DNA of 11,269 nucleotides from Candidatus Hydrogenedentota bacterium. Its GTDB lineage: Bacteria; Hydrogenedentota; Hydrogenedentia; Hydrogenedentales; SLHB01. The stretch is from contig JAWXCN010000023.1 of assembly GCA_034408725.1 (NCBI GenBank), positions 1 to 11,269 of the forward strand, in the 5' to 3' direction. Position numbers and translations under genes: made by a program. Below are positions 7,317 to 11,269 of the stretch, piece after piece (position 1 is the stretch's first letter; each line of letters opens with the position of its first letter). Below the pieces are notes generated by a model, which was given only the letters and a program-made list of their open reading frames with translations, had not been told where the DNA came from and ran no database searches.

Positions 7317-7961
7317 ATGATGAACACAGCGAAACGACATAGCGGCACCAACCTACACGCGGACCGCGAGCAAGCAAACTTTGTATTCGGAAAATCCTTC
7401 ATCCGGCTTGATCGGCGGCTGTATGAATCGCCTGCATTCCGTTCGATACCGTTGCCCGCACAAGCAGTCCTAATCGATTTCATTTCGTTATGGCGTGTTG
7501 CCGAGCGCGAAACCATAGCCTTCCCTTGGGCGGCTTGCTCTAACCCGCAGGTGAGCGAGCGCGTTTTTCGAGATGCGATACAGCGGCTTGTTGCCGATGG
7601 GTTTTTGGACCGTTGCGCGTCAACCGGACTCGCCAATTCCTACCGGCCTTCGTCGCGGTGGATGACGGCAAAAGCCACCGAAAAAACACTTTCGCGAATG
7701 GCCGCGAAACAGACGCGAACCACAGGAAAAAGGCAAAGGTTTACCCATGCAGAATCCGCACAGGGTAAACCCCTTACCTGTGCGGAATTCGCACAGGGTA
7801 CCAGTGCGGAATCCGCATTGGTTAAACCCCTTAACCCATGCGGAATTGAGGCCGATAACCCATGCGGAATTGAGGCCGTTAAGAAGACTAAGAGAGACTT
7901 AATACCCCCCCCAAGACAGGAGACTTTCCGGAAAGTCGGGGGTGGGGGGTTGGATTTTTAA
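7317..7961 (+). CDS. Winged-helix replication-initiator-like protein with internal iterons
   Basis: FIRLDRRLYESPAFRSIPLPAQAVL...SERVFRDAIQRLVADGFL...NSY resembles phage initiator wHTH domains; the C-terminal part is encoded by DNA repeats. Start placed at ATG 7317/7320 because 7164-7316 is structured leader with a terminator. Confidence 0.7.
   Translation: MMNTAKRHSGTNLHADREQANFVFGKSFIRLDRRLYESPAFRSIPLPAQAVLIDFISLWRVAERETIAFPWAACSNPQVSERVFRDAIQRLVADGFLDRCASTGLANSYRPSSRWMTAKATEKTLSRMAAKQTRTTGKRQRFTHAESAQGKPLTCAEFAQGTSAESALVKPLNPCGIEADNPCGIEAVKKTKRDLIPPPRQETFRKVGGGGLDF
7741..7949. repeat. Putative replication origin: iterons plus palindrome
   Basis: Quasi-palindromic TGCRGAATYCGCA at 7748, 7781 and 7805; TAACCCATGCGGAATTGAGGCCG at 7832-7854 and 7856-7878; perfect palindrome GACTTTCCGGAAAGTC (7922-7937) flanked by C8 and G runs. 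Confidence 0.7.
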
Positions 7962-7963
7962 TT

Positions 7964-8419
7964 ATGCCGGAAATTGAAAAAATCAGCACCCTAATTCCCG
8001 ACGTGGCCAAGCGCCTAAAAGCGGCGGCATCGTCAAACCCGCACTATGAGGCCGAGGTGGCAGCGCGGGACACGGCGGTCCGGGACATGGCTAAGGCCAA
8101 GCGCGAAGTCGAGCTATCGCCTGCAATCGCGTTGCGTCGGGAATTAGAGAAGCGCCTTGGCGAGCTCGCGGGCGCTACAGCCGATGAACGCCGAAAGGCG
8201 GCGTGCACGATTATTGCGAACGCCGTCGCCAGGAAATACCGCACAAGCGCAAACGCCGTCGACGTCGGCAAAGTTGTCGCGGCTGTAGCCACATACGGCA
8301 GTAGTTTAGTACTGGACGTAGCGATGGAAATTCTGACCGAGCCGAGCGACAAAAGCATCCGCAACATTTTTTCTATTTTCCTTGGCCGTTTGCGGGTTCG
8401 GCAAGAGGCGGCGTCATGA
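7964..8419 (+). CDS. Hypothetical helical protein; C-terminus resembles replication-initiator C-terminal domains
   Basis: Starts 2 nt after the upstream stop, ends SIRNIFSIFLGRLR, ATGA-coupled to the next gene. Confidence 0.7.
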   Translation: MPEIEKISTLIPDVAKRLKAAASSNPHYEAEVAARDTAVRDMAKAKREVELSPAIALRRELEKRLGELAGATADERRKAACTIIANAVARKYRTSANAVDVGKVVAAVATYGSSLVLDVAMEILTEPSDKSIRNIFSIFLGRLRVRQEAAS

Positions 8420-8808
8420 CGGACCGCTGGAAAGACGCAGAGCGCGAAGCCGCGGAAGCCCTGGGCGGGACCCGCGTCATTCGGCAATGGAATTTATTCG
8501 AGTCTGCGGCCGACGTGCTTGTCCCGGACTTTGGCCTTGTCTGCGATTGCAAAGCCTATCGCCGGTTTTCAATCCACACGTTGATTGACACCGTGAAGCG
8601 CAAGTATTGCGGGCGCGGCGAAACGCCGGCGCTTGTCACGAAGAGCCAGGGGCAGCATGGTGCGTATATCACGCTCCCGATGGATTACGTTGGCGGGCTG
8701 CTCGACGAACTCCGCGCGCACCGGCGAGGCGCATCTTATGGTGCGCGTACACAAAGCACGCGCACCAGTGACGAACTCCGCGCGCACCGGCGAGGCGCAT
8801 CGGCATGA
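8416..8808 (+). CDS. PD-(D/E)XK nuclease, putative Holliday junction resolvase
   Basis: N-terminal helix with E (KDAEREAA), AD-V motif, D-C-K motif, then PALVTK and AYITLPMDY, a pattern like phage Hjc-type resolvases. C-terminus extended by a duplication. Confidence 0.7.
   Translation: MTDRWKDAEREAAEALGGTRVIRQWNLFESAADVLVPDFGLVCDCKAYRRFSIHTLIDTVKRKYCGRGETPALVTKSQGQHGAYITLPMDYVGGLLDELRAHRRGASYGARTQSTRTSDELRAHRRGASA
8704..8801. repeat. 32-nt direct repeat pair around a 34-nt hairpin spacer
   Basis: GACGAACTCCGCGCGCACCGGCGAGGCGCATC at 8704-8735 and 8770-8801. The spacer contains TGGTGCGCGT (8739-8748) / ACGCGCACCA (8758-8767). Confidence 0.92.
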
Positions 8809-9077
8809 GCACGAACGCCTGGCGACCCGAGTTGCGCGACGTGTTGGAAAACGCGTTGTCGAGTGCGGCTGTGGTATGCAAGTTGAATTTCACAGATCCG
8901 GAGTGGCAACGGTTTTGCAAACATGCAACCCGCGCACTTGATGAGCAATTACGAAGGAGCAAATTCACAGTGGCCGAAAAAATTGATTTCAGTGACTGCG
9001 GGACAATTCAACAACGCCAGGCAAAATTGCTGGAGCTGATTCTAGAAGAACTTCGCAAGTTGAATGCGCGGGAATAA
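8805..9077 (+). CDS. Hypothetical protein (90 aa)
   Basis: ATGA-coupled to the upstream gene, GAGG RBS at 8792-8795, part of a continuous operon. Confidence 0.65.
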   Translation: MSTNAWRPELRDVLENALSSAAVVCKLNFTDPEWQRFCKHATRALDEQLRRSKFTVAEKIDFSDCGTIQQRQAKLLELILEELRKLNARE

Positions 9078-9081
9078 GCCG

Positions 9082-9333
9082 ATGAGAGTTGAAACACACA
9101 CCATTCCGCGCGCGGCTATTCAGGCCGCGATCGACGAAGCGGACATGCGGCGCCACGGGATGATCGTCAACCTGAAACGCTATGGCGAACTCAAGCGCGT
9201 CTGTGATGGCGCGGATGAAGAATTTCTTATGGACCAATTGTTGGTCGGTACGAGTGACAACGAAGCGGCACAGGATTGGATCGCCAGGTTACAGCGACAG
9301 CTTAAAATACTCGAAAGGAACTTACAGCAATGA
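9082..9333 (+). CDS. Hypothetical protein (83 aa)
   Basis: ATG 4 nt after the previous stop, ATGA-coupled to the protease gene, helical C-terminus. Confidence 0.65.
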   Translation: MRVETHTIPRAAIQAAIDEADMRRHGMIVNLKRYGELKRVCDGADEEFLMDQLLVGTSDNEAAQDWIARLQRQLKILERNLQQ

Positions 9334-10103
9334 GCGGTCGGATTTTTGCAAAAGCAAGTGGCAACACGTTGCGCATGGATTTTGTCGGGAGCATCGGCGA
9401 TGGCGAACTCACGGCGCGTGGCGTGTCGGACCAGTTGCGCGCTGCCGAATCGCGCGGCGTGAAAAGTATCCACGTTGTGGTGAATTCGCCTGGCGGATAC
9501 GCGATGGACGGCGTGAGCATTTACCAGTTGCTAAAAACTTTCAAAGGCACATGCACAACGGAAATTTCGGCGTATTCACTTTCGGCCGCGTCTATGATTG
9601 TTTGTGCGGGCGAGCGCATATCGGCGCACGAGAATTCACTCTTCATGATCCACATGCCGCACGGACTATCGGCCGGTGGAGCGGATGACTTGCGTAAAGA
9701 CGCGCACGCGATGGACGTGATCGCGCGGCAATTCGCGGGCATCTATGCCGAGCGCACCGGCAAGAGTGTCGAGGCGATGCTTGCGTTGATGCGCGCGGAA
9801 ACGTGGTTTTCAGGCGCGGAAATTATCAACGCGAAATTCGCCGATGAATTACTGCCAGCGGACAAGATGGCCGCATCGTTTGACCTGGGCAAGTTCCACT
9901 ACGCGCGCGCCGTGGCCAAGCACGGCATGAGCGCAACCACCCGATGGAGCGCGGCGCTACGCGAGGCCGCGGCATTGGGTATCGGCAATCGCAAACCCGC
10001 AACGGCGAAGCACGAGCAAGTGAAGTGGATTGACACCAAGTATCCGGGACTTCGCGCGGAATATGCCGCAGAATTCAACGCTGTGCATTGTGCGCGGCGA
10101 TAA
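9330..10103 (+). CDS. Phage-type ClpP-like (S14) head maturation protease with ~80-aa C-terminal extension
   Basis: Motifs VNSPGG, GVSIYQLLK, SAAS (catalytic Ser region), FMIHMP (His), IYAERTGKS, AETWFSG and FADEL, as in phage ClpP prohead proteases. Confidence 0.92.
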   Translation: MSGRIFAKASGNTLRMDFVGSIGDGELTARGVSDQLRAAESRGVKSIHVVVNSPGGYAMDGVSIYQLLKTFKGTCTTEISAYSLSAASMIVCAGERISAHENSLFMIHMPHGLSAGGADDLRKDAHAMDVIARQFAGIYAERTGKSVEAMLALMRAETWFSGAEIINAKFADELLPADKMAASFDLGKFHYARAVAKHGMSATTRWSAALREAAALGIGNRKPATAKHEQVKWIDTKYPGLRAEYAAEFNAVHCARR

Positions 10104-10127
10104 GCAAACACCAAGGAGATTTTGAAC

Positions 10128-10874
10128 ATGGCAACCGCAGTGAGAAAACAAGAGACCGCGCCGAAGTTGACGGCGCAGGAAGTGGCGCAAGAGTGTCGCG
10201 CGGTTCTCGAACGATTGAACGCAAGGCAACACGAATTGCTCACGCGGTTCAGAACGCTGTCGAACGAGGCGGCGTTGATAACGGACGCGGCGCGCGAGAA
10301 GATGGTCGAGGAGCTTGTGCGAGTGCGCGCCGAACTGGACATCCTGCCCGCGCAGATTGGACACGCGCAAGGCCGGCAGATGGTCGCGGCAATGCTTGTC
10401 GAGGAAGCCACGGCGCGTGAAAAGCTGATACAGGCGGACAAGTTGGAGGAACGCATGAGCGTAGTTATCAACATGCTTCGTGATGACCCCGCCGAAGTTG
10501 TGGCCCCGGTGCGCGCGGTCTACACCACGCACGTGGACACGTTACGCCAGTACGCGCAAGTACACGAGCGATCCAGCGAACTGTATGCACGGCGGAACAC
10601 GTTGGCGAGGCGTATCGATGAAGAACGGCGCGAGGTCAATAATCAGCCGCACATCTCCGATGACTTGTGGGACAATCCGAAGAAGCTACAAGCGTTTCGC
10701 GAAGCCGCACGACGTGGTCTGGAGCAACGCATTGAAGAGATGCAACACGAGATGGCTACTCTGCCCGCGGTGTTGCTCGATGAAGCGAGCACGTGGCCGC
10801 CAAGTGTTCAACGGCATTGCAACGAAACCCGGTATGCGCGGAAGCACCACATTACCATCGAGCTTGCGAAGTAA
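10128..10874 (+). CDS. Coiled-coil, predominantly helical protein (248 aa)
   Basis: AAGGAG RBS at 10113-10118 before ATG 10128; rich in E, R, A, L, Q with heptad-like patterns. Confidence 0.8.
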   Translation: MATAVRKQETAPKLTAQEVAQECRAVLERLNARQHELLTRFRTLSNEAALITDAAREKMVEELVRVRAELDILPAQIGHAQGRQMVAAMLVEEATAREKLIQADKLEERMSVVINMLRDDPAEVVAPVRAVYTTHVDTLRQYAQVHERSSELYARRNTLARRIDEERREVNNQPHISDDLWDNPKKLQAFREAARRGLEQRIEEMQHEMATLPAVLLDEASTWPPSVQRHCNETRYARKHHITIELAK

Positions 10875-10878
10875 TGCG

Positions 10879-11025
10879 CGCGACGGTTAAACGGCAGCCA
10901 GGACTCGTTCCGCGTGGCCTTGCGGCGTCTCACGCGCGGTCAAGGGTGTTGCCGTGCCGTCGCGTCGCCATATCGGGCCGTGGTGGCACGCCCTTAACTC
11001 CAGGCGTGCCGCCACCATGCCCGAT
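10879..11025 (+). ncRNA. Two long adjacent hairpins in non-coding DNA (candidate structured RNA or DNA element)
   Basis: Pairings 10879-10886/10957-10964, 10891-10898/10948-10955, 10911-10916/10931-10936; and 10972-10978/11019-11025, 10980-10992/11003-11015. Confidence 0.45.
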
Positions 11026-11030
11026 CGTTT

Positions 11031-11085
11031 GGGTCCTCCCCGGGGCCCCCCAAGGCCTTCGCGGTAGGCATCTTGGTATCCGCGA
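11031..11085 (+). other. Putative lambda-type cos packaging site (cosQ-like plus cosN-like)
   Basis: GGGTCCT (11031-11037) is the lambda cosQ heptamer. 21 nt later comes the dyad TCGCGG (11059-11064) ... CCGCGA (11080-11085), directly upstream of a Nu1-like gene. Confidence 0.6.
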
Positions 11086-11136
11086 GATATTAATTGACAC
11101 ATTTTTTGGATTTCGCTTCCGGTAGAGGGTTGAAAA

Positions 11137-11269
11137 TTGTCAATAGTTACGGACATACGGCGCGTGACGCAGCGGATCGCAGCGGAAATTTTGGGAGTGT
11201 CGGCGCGCACCTTGCGTGACATGCCGGAAGCGCCGCGAAACAGGGACGGTAGCTATAGCTTGCCCGCAC
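11137..11269 (+). CDS. Terminase small subunit, Nu1-like winged HTH (partial, runs off the window)
   Basis: Absent from the ORF track. TTG start with GAGGG RBS at 11125-11129 gives MSIVTDIRRVTQRIAAEILGVSARTLRDMPEAPRNRDGSYSLPA, similar in pattern to the lambda gpNu1 N-terminus (VNKKQLADIFGASIRTIQNW). An excisionase-type HTH is an alternative. Confidence 0.65.
   Translation, partial: MSIVTDIRRVTQRIAAEILGVSARTLRDMPEAPRNRDGSYSLPA

Larger units (their letters stand above)
3804..11269 (+). mobile_element. tRNA-Arg-integrated phage-related element, probably a cos-type phage satellite (PICI/P4-like); right end outside the window
   Basis: Integrase directly after the tRNA 3' end; co-oriented, often ATGA-coupled ORFs; replication gene with iterons, prohead protease, cos-like site and small terminase. 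No second att copy is visible. Confidence 0.85.

Noticed and set aside
6388-7320. 310-aa alternative-frame ORF
   Set aside because: Overlaps ORF 6374-7054, runs through the repeat array and terminator, and has no recognisable motifs.
8704-8801. Formal CRISPR array call
   Set aside because: Only two repeats, no cas genes or leader, no GAAAC-type end, and the unit is in frame within a CDS. Kept as a repeat and a hypothesis only.
9330-10103. Housekeeping clpP
   Set aside because: It has the phage-type ETW motif, lacks a tig/clpX context and lies within a mobile element.
10966-10978. Possible attR (CGCCATA and ATCGGGC resemble pieces of the tRNA 3' end)
   Set aside because: Two 7-nt matches in the wrong order, and phage-like sequence continues beyond them; consistent with chance.
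10887-11222. Minus-strand ORF 10887-11222 and plus-strand ORF 10793-11125
   Set aside because: They cross the hairpins and cos-like site, have no motifs, and the minus one is antisense to the Nu1-like ORF.

Overview
The window has two parts. Bases 1-3803 are host chromosome: a GT2 polyprenol-phosphate glycosyltransferase (minus strand, cut off by a 61-nt copy of downstream sequence that is probably a chimeric contig end), a divergent YfhO-type membrane glycosyltransferase, a CysQ/inositol-monophosphatase-family gene and tRNA-Arg(CCG). From the tRNA 3' end to the window edge lies an integrated phage-related element with all genes on the + strand. In order it carries a tyrosine integrase, small zinc-ribbon and hypothetical ORFs, several structured intergenic RNAs or operators, a winged-helix replication protein with internal iterons, a PD-(D/E)XK nuclease, a ClpP-type prohead protease with a short C-terminal tail, a 248-aa coiled-coil protein, two long hairpins, a lambda cosQ/cosN-like site and the start of a Nu1-like small terminase that the ORF track missed. 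The compact layout suggests a cos-type phage satellite (PICI/P4-like) with an unusual candidate capsid-remodelling module. The element is truncated, so a compact full prophage cannot be excluded. All family calls come from motif recognition by eye; no database searches were run.
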